In this document: piece after piece, positions 1 to 9,202 of the stretch
How the letters are laid out: the number at the start of each line of letters is the position of its first letter
Position numbering within the stretch: position 1 is the stretch's first letter
Notes under the pieces: generated by a model
What the model was told of the DNA's origin: nothing
Seen by the model: the letters and a program-made list of their open reading frames with translations, nothing else
Databases searched by the model: none
Program-made: the position numbers and the translations under genes
DNA from: an uncultured Verrucomicrobiales bacterium
GTDB taxonomy: Bacteria; Verrucomicrobiota; Verrucomicrobiia; Verrucomicrobiales; DEV007
Assembly (NCBI GenBank): GCA_963977055.1
Contig: CAXBMX010000019.1
Coordinates: forward strand, 28,504-92,503
Direction of reading: 5' to 3'
DNA: 64,000 nt

Positions 1-178
1 AGCAGACGCCCATCGGATCAAGATTGAAGGGCTACCAGGGCCAGCCCACTGCCTGTATTTCGAAACCGAGGTCAGAAACCCCGGCCTCAAAATGGCAACG
101 GACTTAAGGGACTTTATCGGGAATGAGACGGATGTGTTTTGCCTCGCGCGAGGCCTTCTTGGCCCTGTTCAAATCTAA
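1..178 (+). CDS. 3' end of a CDS entering from the left edge (unknown; C-terminal GLLGPVQI resembles ends of some glycoside hydrolases)
   Basis: Frame starting at nt 2 is open to TAA at 176-178: ADAHRIKIEGLPGPAHCLYFETEVRNPGLKMATDLRDFIGNETDVFCLARGLLGPVQI*. Converges on the sulfatase. Confidence 0.4.
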   Translation, partial: ADAHRIKIEGLPGPAHCLYFETEVRNPGLKMATDLRDFIGNETDVFCLARGLLGPVQI

Positions 179-224
179 GCAAGTCACTTGGGTCCCCGCC
201 TATTTCCGCGCCATTCTCCCCCGA

Positions 225-1766
225 TCACTTCTTTGGGGTCTTCTTGGAAGGCTTTGCCTTCCTGGGCGCTTTCACTGGAGGCACCAACCCATCATCAGGC
301 TGATTCCACAATCGCCACGGATCATCGAGGCGGCGCATCTCCGCGAGCAGCAACTCCTCCATCTCGACAAGCTTGTCCGCATACTTGGGATCGCCGGCAA
401 GATTGATCTGATTCTTTTTTGGTTTAATGCCAGTGAGCTCGATCACAGCCGGATCATGATGCTGCTCAAGGTACTCGTTAGGATTCTTGTCCAGATTGAA
501 GAGCTGAGTTTCCTGAACTTCTCCGTCAAGCACGTCATACTTGATTAACTTCCAGTCTCCTTTTTTCACGCAGCGCATTCCCGGTTTGGTCCCACCGTTG
601 TAAACGCCATAGAGCACGTCGCGACTGACGTCCTTTTCCCCCATCAAGACCGGCTTCGCGCTGACGCCTTCACTCGTCGCAGGAACCTCAACCCCCGTGA
701 GATCGCAGAGTGTGGAAAGCACATCGAGCAGGTAGATATTTCCCTCCGCTCGTGAGCCGGCCTCAATGCCAGGGCCTTTAACGATGAAAGGCACCTGCCA
801 GGTGTGCTCGTAGAGGTTCTGTTTTCCCTGAAGCCCATGCCGACCAATAGACATGCCGTGGTCGGCCGTGTAGACGATGTAAGTATTGTCGAGCTCACCC
901 ATTGCTTCGAGTTTCGCCAGCACTTTGCCAATCTGAATATCGATATTTTCATTGCAGGCAAACTCGCGACCCAGCTCGTTGCGAATCGTAGCAGGATCAC
1001 GTTTCTCCCACACCCCTTTCACACTGACCTCATCGCGAAGCCCCGGGTGCCCATGATGAAATGGGTGGGCCGGGAGCCAATTCTCAGGCAGGTCAGGCTG
1101 CTTCTCATCAGTAGCAGGTAAGTTCTCTTTGTCGGTATGATTAACGGCACCATACTTGGCCAGCAATTCTGGAGTGCCGTCTCGGGTATCATGTGGGTGC
1201 GAAAATCCATAATAAATCAGGAAGGGGTCCTCGTCTTTCGACGCCTCGCGTTCACCCAGGTAATCAAGAACGCGCTCACCATGCCAGACGCTGCCCGTTT
1301 CGTCAGTCCCTCCCCGCTTGGTAGCGTCATGCACCACGGAAAACTGCTCATTGGCACCCGCGTAGCTGTTGCCGTTTTTGCAGGTTCTCATCGTGTCGTA
1401 TCCGGCACGGTTAAACACCGCGGCAATAACATTATCAATCACCTCCGGTGGGCATGTCTCGCTCGCTTTGGGCGCATTGGGCAAGTGCCAGACCGTACGA
1501 CCGGACATAATCATGTGGCGTGAAGGCGTGCAAACCGCACCACTGAAAGAACCCATGTGATGGGCCGCGTCCAGGGTCATCCCCTCGGCGGCAAGCCGAT
1601 CAATATTGGGGGTATCCTGCTTCGATGCCGGATTGTAGACTTTCAGATCGAGCGGTGACTGATCGTCAACCAGGATGAAGAGGACGTTGGGTCTTTTGTC
1701 AGCGCCGACCGACAAAACCATCGTCAGAAGAAGCGCCGCGGCGAGCGCGGTGGAGAGTAGTTTCAT
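225..1766 (-). CDS. Secreted formylglycine-dependent sulfatase (S1 family)
   Basis: Signal peptide MKLLSTALAAALLL (ATG 1766; ORF track starts 1793), RPNVLFILVDD, signature CTPSRHMIMSGR (CxPxR), YTADHG, KQNLYE, Lys/Pro-rich tail. Confidence 0.93.
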   Translation of the reverse strand: MKLLSTALAAALLLTMVLSVGADKRPNVLFILVDDQSPLDLKVYNPASKQDTPNIDRLAAEGMTLDAAHHMGSFSGAVCTPSRHMIMSGRTVWHLPNAPKASETCPPEVIDNVIAAVFNRAGYDTMRTCKNGNSYAGANEQFSVVHDATKRGGTDETGSVWHGERVLDYLGEREASKDEDPFLIYYGFSHPHDTRDGTPELLAKYGAVNHTDKENLPATDEKQPDLPENWLPAHPFHHGHPGLRDEVSVKGVWEKRDPATIRNELGREFACNENIDIQIGKVLAKLEAMGELDNTYIVYTADHGMSIGRHGLQGKQNLYEHTWQVPFIVKGPGIEAGSRAEGNIYLLDVLSTLCDLTGVEVPATSEGVSAKPVLMGEKDVSRDVLYGVYNGGTKPGMRCVKKGDWKLIKYDVLDGEVQETQLFNLDKNPNEYLEQHHDPAVIELTGIKPKKNQINLAGDPKYADKLVEMEELLLAEMRRLDDPWRLWNQPDDGLVPPVKAPRKAKPSKKTPKK

Positions 1767-1960
1767 GTTTGAGGGTAATTTCAAGAGGGACACCTAACGC
1801 CGTTGCAAGAAATTCCGCAACGGCACACCTGCGTAGGTGAGATTTATTGACCATGTGTCATTGCAGCTTAACAGGCGGTCCACTTTTTCTTTTCCTTAAT
1901 CCTTTGGCTCTTCCAAAAACACAGAAGAAGCCCCGTTTCTCCAACAGCCATACATCTTAC

Positions 1961-3150
1961 TGACTTGATCCCGGAAGTGGGACACATCAAAAATGAAGTA
2001 CTGCCGCAATTATGGTTCAGTAAGGTGCTTGATCGATAGTTGTGCTGCGAAATAGAAAGGAGGCCGTTGCTAAATTTCGCAGGCGGCCGAAAACTCTGAA
2101 GGTGTCTGATATCCTAGCGAGCGGCGTGGCCACTCTTCGCTAGATTTGCATCGCCAAGAGCCCCTAATAACCGAGCCTTTCGAAACGGTCCAAATATCTC
2201 ATAGCTCAGCAGTTTGTCACGCCGCCTATCATGATAAGCTTTCAATGTAGGCATTCTCCCACGGTGATCCGAGCTTGATATACAGGATTTCAATATCGAG
2301 TTCTTTCAGCCAGCCTTGAACCACATAGGCAATGAATTGATTTGCTATCCCTCACCCTTTGGGCTGCACTACAGGCGGTCTATGTCCGCTTCGCTCCCAT
2401 TCTGAATGTTGTCACTGCGAATATGTTTCGGGGCGCCACAACGCGCAAAGGCCGCCCGATGATCGTGATCACATCTACTGCCCGGATCGACCAGCCCGCG
2501 TGGGCGCCCAAGCCCTCCCGAGTATGTTCGTCGATCAAAGTGAGTTCCATTCGCTGTTTGGTCAATGACGAAGTCTCCACTCCAGATGTTCTTCCGCTTC
2601 TCCGCCTGGCATCGCCAAGCGGCTGAAGGCCCCACACGGTAGGGACTTCGCTACTTTCCCCCTACCTTGAACCTCGCTTCGCGTTGATGACAAGTCCTTC
2701 TTTTCCTGATAGTTGCGGTTGGCGCTCCGCGCGATACCTATACCAAGGGTGCCTCTCGCTGAGTCGAATAATCCCTTTGCACATCGTGACCGATTTCTCA
2801 CTAGTCTGGCTCTGCACGGATCGATCCGCGATCAGTCGCTTCAGACTGCCATTTTTGTCTGCGAGGCTCCCGACATCCATGCCGCCATACTTTCGCGTCC
2901 ATTTGTAAAACTGGTAGCGTCGCAGCTCGAGCGAAGTGGAAATAGCCGGCCTTCAGGCAACTCGAAGGGCGAACGCTGTGAGGCAAATGTTGTGCTTGAA
3001 CACTCCGCTTTCACGGCGCTCTCTCCATCGGCCTCCCGCAGGATCCCGATGTTCTGTTCTTCGCTAAACCTACTTCTCTTCATTCGTTCTGCTCTTTTTC
3101 TTGAGGCAAAATTTTACTTTACGCACGTCTCACTTTTTGGAAGCAGGTCA
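1961..3150 (-). mobile_element. Degenerate IS3-family insertion sequence (IS407-group-like), about 1190 bp
   Basis: Imperfect terminal inverted repeats: TGACTTGATCCCGGAAGTGGGAC at 1961 and, on the minus strand from 3150, TGACCTGCTTCCAAAAAGTGAGAC. OrfA start MKRSRFSEEQNIGILREADG (ATG 3083). OrfB fragments in different frames: NIWSGDFVIDQTANG, LTLIDEHTRE, WLKELDIEILYIKLGSPWENAYIES. Multiple frameshifts and stops; no target duplication seen. Confidence 0.88.
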
Positions 3151-3246
3151 GGTGAGATTGACTTTACTAAATCGAATCCGTATTCTGCATTCGTGGTCGC
3201 GCCCTCAGTATCGAGGCGAGTAACCTTGAACGTTGGGCAAAAGAAA

Positions 3247-4302
3247 ATGAAACTTTGGAAGCTTGAAGCGATTCGTGGTTTAGCCGCGATGTATGTTGCC
3301 ATAGGGCACACGTTTGGTAGTGCAACACTCGTATTACGATTCGGGCAAGAAGCTGTTATCGTCTTCTTCCTGCTGTCAGGATTCGTTATTGAATATTCAC
3401 ATCACCATAGCCACGATAAATCATTTAAAGGATATTTCATAAAAAGAGTTACTCGAATTTACTCGGTATTCGTTGCGATGCTCGTTCTTTGCACCGTGCT
3501 GATTCAACCTGACCTAATGTCACTCGATTTCTGGAGGATCCTAGGGGGAAACCTCTTGATGTTGCAGGATTTTGAAGATGGGAAACCAAACGTAATAGTC
3601 CCGACTTTATTTGCAACTGCCTTATGGTCGCTTCATTACGAATGGTGGTTCTACATGTTATTTTATCCCATTTCAACCTATGTCGAAAAAAGAAGACAGG
3701 CATTGCTCGTCTCTTGTGTGGCGATCGTTTCAGCATTAATATATGTGAGGTTCCCAGAGGCAGTTCCTCGACTCACAATGTATTTTCTCATATGGTGGGT
3801 TGGCGTTGAATTAGCAAAATCCTACATTACCAACGGAGCAGTTAAAATTAGAGATCTAAGAGTTCCGGCAATATCCACGCTGACAGTGCTGCTAATACTC
3901 TCCCTGAACATTCAGCTATACCGACAGTCAGGAGAAACCCTCAAGTTTGGAATCCATCCAGTTCTGGAAGCAAGACATTTCTTGGCTGCAATTCTAACTC
4001 TTGTTGTTGCCCTACTTTGGCAGAGAATGAATTGGATTGGATTTTCCCTATTGAAAATTGGAGTCCTGATCGCACCAATATCCTACTCACTCTACATCAG
4101 TCACCAGCCACTTTTTGTTAATGCAAAATATCTTAATTTTGTAGACAACAAGAGCATCGAAAATATTCTTTATTTCCTAACATTGTTATCATTTTGCTGG
4201 GCTACTGAATTGAAATTATATCCAGCTATCAGAAATAAAATCAAGAAAGCCCAATCGGGTAGGCGGAAGAATTTGACTCCCACCGCCCACACAGATCCGT
4301 AG
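3247..4302 (+). CDS. Acyltransferase family 3 (OafA-like membrane-bound O-acyltransferase)
   Basis: Likely start ATG 3247: MKLWKLEAIRGLAAMYVAIGH, AVIVFFLLSGFVI, LWSLHYEWWFY, ISYSLYISHQP. The ORF-track extension back to 2713 runs through the antisense of the IS and is rejected. Confidence 0.88.
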   Translation: MKLWKLEAIRGLAAMYVAIGHTFGSATLVLRFGQEAVIVFFLLSGFVIEYSHHHSHDKSFKGYFIKRVTRIYSVFVAMLVLCTVLIQPDLMSLDFWRILGGNLLMLQDFEDGKPNVIVPTLFATALWSLHYEWWFYMLFYPISTYVEKRRQALLVSCVAIVSALIYVRFPEAVPRLTMYFLIWWVGVELAKSYITNGAVKIRDLRVPAISTLTVLLILSLNIQLYRQSGETLKFGIHPVLEARHFLAAILTLVVALLWQRMNWIGFSLLKIGVLIAPISYSLYISHQPLFVNAKYLNFVDNKSIENILYFLTLLSFCWATELKLYPAIRNKIKKAQSGRRKNLTPTAHTDP

Positions 4303-4957
4303 CATTGCGGTTCCAATTCACCACCGGCTACCTTTTTTTAAATAGGTCCGTTAAGGTAACGGATAAACATCTATTGTTTCTCAAGACTTGGCACTCCCTG
4401 TTGCTCCAACCACGCATCGGTTATCGCACCTTGCCTGCCAGTAACTGCGAGATCCAGTCCCAAAAAGTAGCGACTTCGGGAAAGGTCCGCTTACGAATGT
4501 CATTTTGGGCGGCTTCCAGAGTCTCGGCAGGATGAACCTTTGCGAAGAGCGACACTAATATCAGCAATGGAACGAGCTCGAAAGATTCGGAGGGAGTCGA
4601 ATCGAAGACGCTTCGCGCACCCTTCAAGTTGTGGCGAAATCCCAGGTAGAGATGGAGTTGCTTTTTCACACTCTAACTCAACCATTCGGCCGGGCTTTTC
4701 ACGCCCAAATTTGTAGATCAAGGCTCTTAAGTCCGTTCTATTCGACCCTGGCATAGAAAGATGAACTCCCACTATACGCCTAAATCCGACCGCTTGTTTT
4801 CTCTTCACCAACAAAGCAGAAATCAACTGCAGGACTCTGGATTTTACGCCTTCGAGAAGCTTAACGCAAATTCAGGGCTAATACCTGTACCCAAAGAGGC
4901 ACCGGCCCCAATCCGGCCGATGCCCTTCCTCGCTAGTGCGATATTCTTTTGCCCCTT

Positions 4958-5920
4958 CTAGAACTTGATCACCATGTCGAGCATGAACACATTTTCCAAA
5001 ATGCCGGAGCTGCTGCAGGTCAATGGAAACTCCCAGCCGAACCCGAAGTCATAAGGCTTTGTAGGGGGAGTCACCCGAAAACCAATTGCAGCCGAAACGA
5101 AATCGCGAATACGAGTGGCATTGGAGGCACTCCAATTCACAGGATCACCTGCCTCAAAGCCAACCAGACTAGGGAGCGCCCCTCCAAGCGGTGAACCAAC
5201 CCGCGCCCCGCGATCTCCCGGATCAAAATCACGTGAAACCAACTAAGCGCGGCAAGCGGCTTGATCCACTCATCCAACTCATAACTAACATGAGCACTGG
5301 TATAAAACATGGTGCTCTCAGCATCTCCATCCACCGGGAGTTTGAATCCCAAATGATTTAAAAACTGCCAGGGACTGAGAAGATTCAAAGTTGAAATCAA
5401 AGGAATGAAAACACCATTTGCCTCGCCCTGCCACACATCCGTATTTCCCATCGAGATCTCGAAGAGAAGTTGCACGCTCGAAGCCGACTTGTCATCGGGT
5501 CGATAAAGCCACGCATACTTGACCCCGGCCGCCACATTAGCCCAACCACCCGTATCGCTAAGAATATTGTCAGGATTAAAATCAATACAACCGTCTTTGG
5601 GCGCATTGATGGAAAGTCGTTCATTTAGAGCATATTCGAATTGCAAGGCATACAACTGATAGCCACCTGCCCGAGAATCGCATCAACCGCGCTCTGCATG
5701 CTGTTGGATATGAAAATGGGGTGAATTAGAGTCGGCGGAATCGCGAGATCAAACAGCGCCTGATTCGAAATGGGACGAATCGCATTTTCCCAGGGATCTA
5801 CTAGAGGAGCCGCAACAATCGCCTCAGGATCGCCGTAGGGCTCCCCGGCGGTGGAAATCGAAGTGCTGCTGCAATAGTTGGTAAAAAGCTATAGATCGTC
5901 AGTCGTTAGATGCGTTTCAT
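4958..5920 (-). pseudogene. Disrupted outer-membrane beta-barrel protein gene
   Basis: ATG 5920 reads MKRI* then a signal-peptide-like stretch. Fragments in changing frames: PWENAIRPISNQALFDLAIPPTLIHPIF, YALQFEYALNERLSINAPKDG...GWANVAAGVKYAWLY..., and a C-terminus DFGFGWEFPLT...ENVFMLDMVIKF* ending in Phe. Confidence 0.7.
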
Positions 5921-6338
5921 TGCCTGCACAGTAGAGTCAGCCTCGCTCCCCTGCTACGCAGATATTACGGCAGAATGAACAGAAAATGCACACTTGCTGC
6001 TGAGTCCAGCGTGATCGAATTAATTCCGAGACAATGACAATCTTCATTTTTCAGTATCTCCAATAAATTCAATCGAAAGCACAAGCCTCAATCAGCAAAA
6101 GGAAAATTAAATCAGAGAGGGAGCGATAACGTTCACCTTGGGTGTATCCACAGCAATTGCTGCTCTCTTCTCTCGATTCAATGAGGACCTAGATCTCTAA
6201 TTTTCAATATAATAGCAACCACAGAATCAGCTCCCTGAAGGAGCGCCTGACTTCTACTTGCCCATCAATGACTTGAACCGGCATATTATGCCGCCCATAC
6301 TATGCGTGGTCGAGTTTCCATCCAACCTCTTAGCTGTT

Positions 6339-7424
6339 GTGTCCACATCAAAAAACGTACCCAACTCCTCTTACATGCCGCAGCTCGATGGTCTGCGCGC
6401 ACTTGCCGTCGCAGCGGTTGCCTTTTCACATTGGCTGCCAAAGAACTATCATTCCGGCCTTCCTTGGGGGCCAGGAGGGGTTCAGCTTTTTTTCGTTCTC
6501 AGTGGATTTCTAATAACTGGGATTTTGCTACGATGCCGGGAGCATGAAAATCCGTGGCATTCGGCTAGAGCCTTTTATGCGAGAAGGTTTCTAAGAATTT
6601 TTCCACTATTCTATGCGGTATTGCTCGTTGGATTTTTCTTGAACATCCATCCTATTCGAGAGTCGATACTTTGGCATATCTCCTATTTTTCGAACTTTTA
6701 CTTCGTCGCCATTGGCGGATGGAACGGGCCAATCTCGCATTTTTGGTCGCTCGCGGTGGAGGAACAGTTCTACCTTTTTTGGCCAGCGGTGATCTTACTA
6801 ATCCCACGTCATTGGTTAAAGCCTTCCCTTGTAGGACTCATCGCAATAGGTCTGGTCTCTCGCTTCTGCTTGCCCATTCTTTTCCCCAACGCATCTCCTC
6901 TTGAAGCTCTTCCTAATTCGAACTTTGATGCCTTGGGCCTCGGCGCCCTATTGGCTTACACCACGGGCGGCATCATTTCTCGCCCGATCGTTCCATGGCT
7001 ATTTGTTGGAGGTCCCGCCTACTTCGGCTTTTTGGGACTCCGACTGCTTGATTTCGAAATTCCATTCCAATCAGAATTGGAACATACCGCGATGCTCCTG
7101 TTTTTCGCATGGGTCGTGTCTAAAGCATCAACGGGCTTTCACGGAGTTACCGGCGCAATCTTGCAGCTCCCTCCACTGCTCTATCTTGGCAAAGTTAGCT
7201 ATGGTCTGTATATATTTCACAATTTTGCAAGCCTCCCGGTTCAACTCCTTGCGAAGACGCTAGATATGCCTTCGATTGAGCTAGGGCCTACTAGAGTAGC
7301 CATGATGACTATTTTTACTATTTTAGCAGCAAGCCTTTCCTGGCATATGTTCGAATACCCTCTGAACAAGCTGAAGCGGCACTTCCCCTACAAGAAACCA
7401 GGCGAAACAGCCCCTCAAATCTGA
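6339..7424 (+). CDS. Acyltransferase family 3 (second OafA-like O-acyltransferase)
   Basis: MPQLDGLRALAV, GVQLFFVLSGFLIT, FYARRFLRIFP, HFWSLAVEEQFY, KVSYGLYIFH. Start uncertain (GTG 6339 or ATG 6375; ORF from 6258). Confidence 0.9.
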   Translation: MSTSKNVPNSSYMPQLDGLRALAVAAVAFSHWLPKNYHSGLPWGPGGVQLFFVLSGFLITGILLRCREHENPWHSARAFYARRFLRIFPLFYAVLLVGFFLNIHPIRESILWHISYFSNFYFVAIGGWNGPISHFWSLAVEEQFYLFWPAVILLIPRHWLKPSLVGLIAIGLVSRFCLPILFPNASPLEALPNSNFDALGLGALLAYTTGGIISRPIVPWLFVGGPAYFGFLGLRLLDFEIPFQSELEHTAMLLFFAWVVSKASTGFHGVTGAILQLPPLLYLGKVSYGLYIFHNFASLPVQLLAKTLDMPSIELGPTRVAMMTIFTILAASLSWHMFEYPLNKLKRHFPYKKPGETAPQI

Positions 7425-7656
7425 ATACCCAATATCATTGAACTGGATTTAAGCAAGCCAAACACCCACAATTTGGGCGTTGCAAATCAGGTTTTGCCAA
7501 CGGCAGTATTTGAAGCTTTGATCGCATTTTGAAACGTCGTAATTTCGCGCTGTATTTTCGAATACTATCTCGAAAAATGCCTCATAGTTGGTTCTGCCTT
7601 GAAGAGCTACTTTCCCTGACGTATCCCTTATTCGCCACGTATCGCCTACCCACAAA

Positions 7657-8583
7657 ATGCCCTCTCTCGAAGAACGCCTTTCTCTTTCCACCTGCTGGTG
7701 CTCCCACCGACACACGGATGGTTACCACATGCTTACGGAAATTCGGGAACTGGGATTTCACCAAACTGAACTCAGCCACGGCATTCGCATGTCATTGGTA
7801 CCGGGAATTATCAAGGCCATCGATGAAGAAATCATCGAGGTATCCTCGGTTCACAATTTCTGCCCGCTTCCTGCCTCGGTCCAACATGCAGCGCCCAATC
7901 TGTTTCAGCCCTCAGTCAAAGGCGGCACTGAATTGGTCATGTGGATGCAATATTCGCAGCAGACCATCGACTTCGCTGTTCGAGTCGGAGCGAAAAAGAT
8001 CGTCATGCACTCTGGCAGCATGAGCTTCCGCTTTGGTTCACCGGGACCTGTTCTCGACGTCCTCGACCCCACTGAAGAAGAGCTCTCCTCGGATGCTCGG
8101 AAGAAGGCTCTGGCCAAGCTCAGGAAAAGGGCCTCAAAGAACACTAAGACCGTCATCGCCAACTATCAGACGCTTGGTCCGTCAGCCGCCGCCCAGGGAA
8201 TTCAACTCGGGGCTGAAAATCGCGAAGGATTGCTCGAGCTTCCTCTCGACGAAGAATTCCCCGAATTCCTTAAACAATTCGATGTGGCTGGCCCGGTCCA
8301 ATATTGGCACGACACCGGCCATGCCCAAATCAAACATAGGCAGGGCCTGCTCGATCACCGCACCCACCTCGAAGCCGTCGCGGATCGCCTCATCGGATTT
8401 CACCTCCATGATGTCAGTGAAACAGGCAAAGACCATCAAGTCCCTGGCACCGGAACGATTGATTTCAAAATGGTTGGAGAGTTTATAAGGCCCGAGCACA
8501 CCCTCATCGCCGAATTGAGCCCAAAGCTCACCAGGGATCAGGTGATTCAGTCACGAGCGTATCTTCTGGAGAATCTAGCCTAA
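7657..8583 (+). CDS. Sugar-phosphate isomerase/epimerase-like TIM-barrel protein (AP endonuclease 2 / xylose isomerase-like fold)
   Basis: Metal-ligand-type motifs GAENRE, WHDTGHA, GFHLHD, HQVPGTGTIDF, IAELSP. Confidence 0.8.
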   Translation: MPSLEERLSLSTCWCSHRHTDGYHMLTEIRELGFHQTELSHGIRMSLVPGIIKAIDEEIIEVSSVHNFCPLPASVQHAAPNLFQPSVKGGTELVMWMQYSQQTIDFAVRVGAKKIVMHSGSMSFRFGSPGPVLDVLDPTEEELSSDARKKALAKLRKRASKNTKTVIANYQTLGPSAAAQGIQLGAENREGLLELPLDEEFPEFLKQFDVAGPVQYWHDTGHAQIKHRQGLLDHRTHLEAVADRLIGFHLHDVSETGKDHQVPGTGTIDFKMVGEFIRPEHTLIAELSPKLTRDQVIQSRAYLLENLA

Positions 8584-8625
8584 GAGAGCCCCTGAAAGAC
8601 TGTTGAAATATCCTGGAATGAAAAA

Positions 8626-8770
8626 GGAAGTCGCCTTGCCATTTGGCGCGGCTGGCGGGCGCTCCACGCGACGAAGAAGCAGGGTTCCCTCTACCCTGAG
8701 GAGCAACGAAGTCAGACGGTAAAAGGGCCATCACCCGAAGGGTCGACTCCATAACACTTCCGGCGAAGCC
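8626..8770 (-). ncRNA. Candidate structured small RNA, family unidentified
   Basis: Nested helices found by eye: 8626-31/8756-61, 8661-65/8700-04, 8680-85/8693-98, 8708-14/8744-50, 8715-19/8728-32. The imperfect pairs are G-U only on the minus strand. A sigma70-like promoter lies upstream and a U5 tract (8621-25) downstream on the same strand. Confidence 0.45.
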
Positions 8771-8774
8771 GCCA

Positions 8775-8803
8775 ATTGAAAGCCCCGAGAGATATTGCGT
8801 CAA
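8775..8803 (-). promoter_or_regulatory. Sigma70-like promoter for the candidate sRNA
   Basis: Minus strand TTGACG (8803-8798), 17-nt spacer, TTCAAT (8780-8775). Confidence 0.5.
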
Positions 8804-9138
8804 AAAAATGTATAAACCGCCTCCTAAGGGGCCATTCAAGAATGGCACGGTATTAAGGTAGTTGTTCGAGGGTGGGGCGTTCGTCGGGAAATTTGGCATC
8901 CTCCGCTACAAGACGCTCACGTAGCGGAACTTGCAAAAAGTTCCGATGATTGGGATTTGCGGGCCAAATTTTCTTAAACCCGGGCCATTCAATTAATAGC
9001 GAGTAGCCTCGGTGTCCTATTTTTGAGTCAACACGCCTCCTGAATTCAAAGAGGAATTTTGTTGCTTAAGACCTCCGCGAATGAAAGCCTACCGCCGAAG
9101 TATATCGTCAAGCTTGAAACATCACATGCCGCACTCTC

Positions 9139-9187
9139 CAGTGAAGGTCTTCGCCCTGAAAGCGAAACGACCGAGGGCGGTAGCGTG
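9139..9187 (+). promoter_or_regulatory. JUMPStart-like leader: hairpin followed by an ops element (RfaH/NusG-paralog recruitment site)
   Basis: CAGTG (9139-43), hairpin GGTC-TTCGC-[CCTGAAA]-GCGAA-AC-GACC (9146-72), then GGCGGTAGCGTG (9176-87), 15 nt before the ATG of the first gene of the glycan operon. Confidence 0.75.
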
Positions 9188-9202
9188 ACCTCAACCTCAA
9201 AA

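Noticed and set aside
2713-3246. 178-aa N-terminal extension of the first acyltransferase in the ORF track
   Set aside because: It is the antisense frame of the IS3 remnant; family similarity begins at ATG 3247.
4303-4950. Possible eroded helical-repeat protein fragments on the minus strand (FAKVHPAETL, DAWLEQQG)
   Set aside because: Too short and fragmented to assign without a search.
8643-8775. Resemblance of the structured region to a ZTP riboswitch or SRP RNA
   Set aside because: The ZTP 3' GCCxxxCGCCUGGGC element and the SRP GGAA-loop/AGCAG helix are absent.
8528-8899. 123-aa minus-strand ORF
   Set aside because: No recognisable motif; it overlaps the TIM-barrel gene end and the candidate RNA and its promoter.
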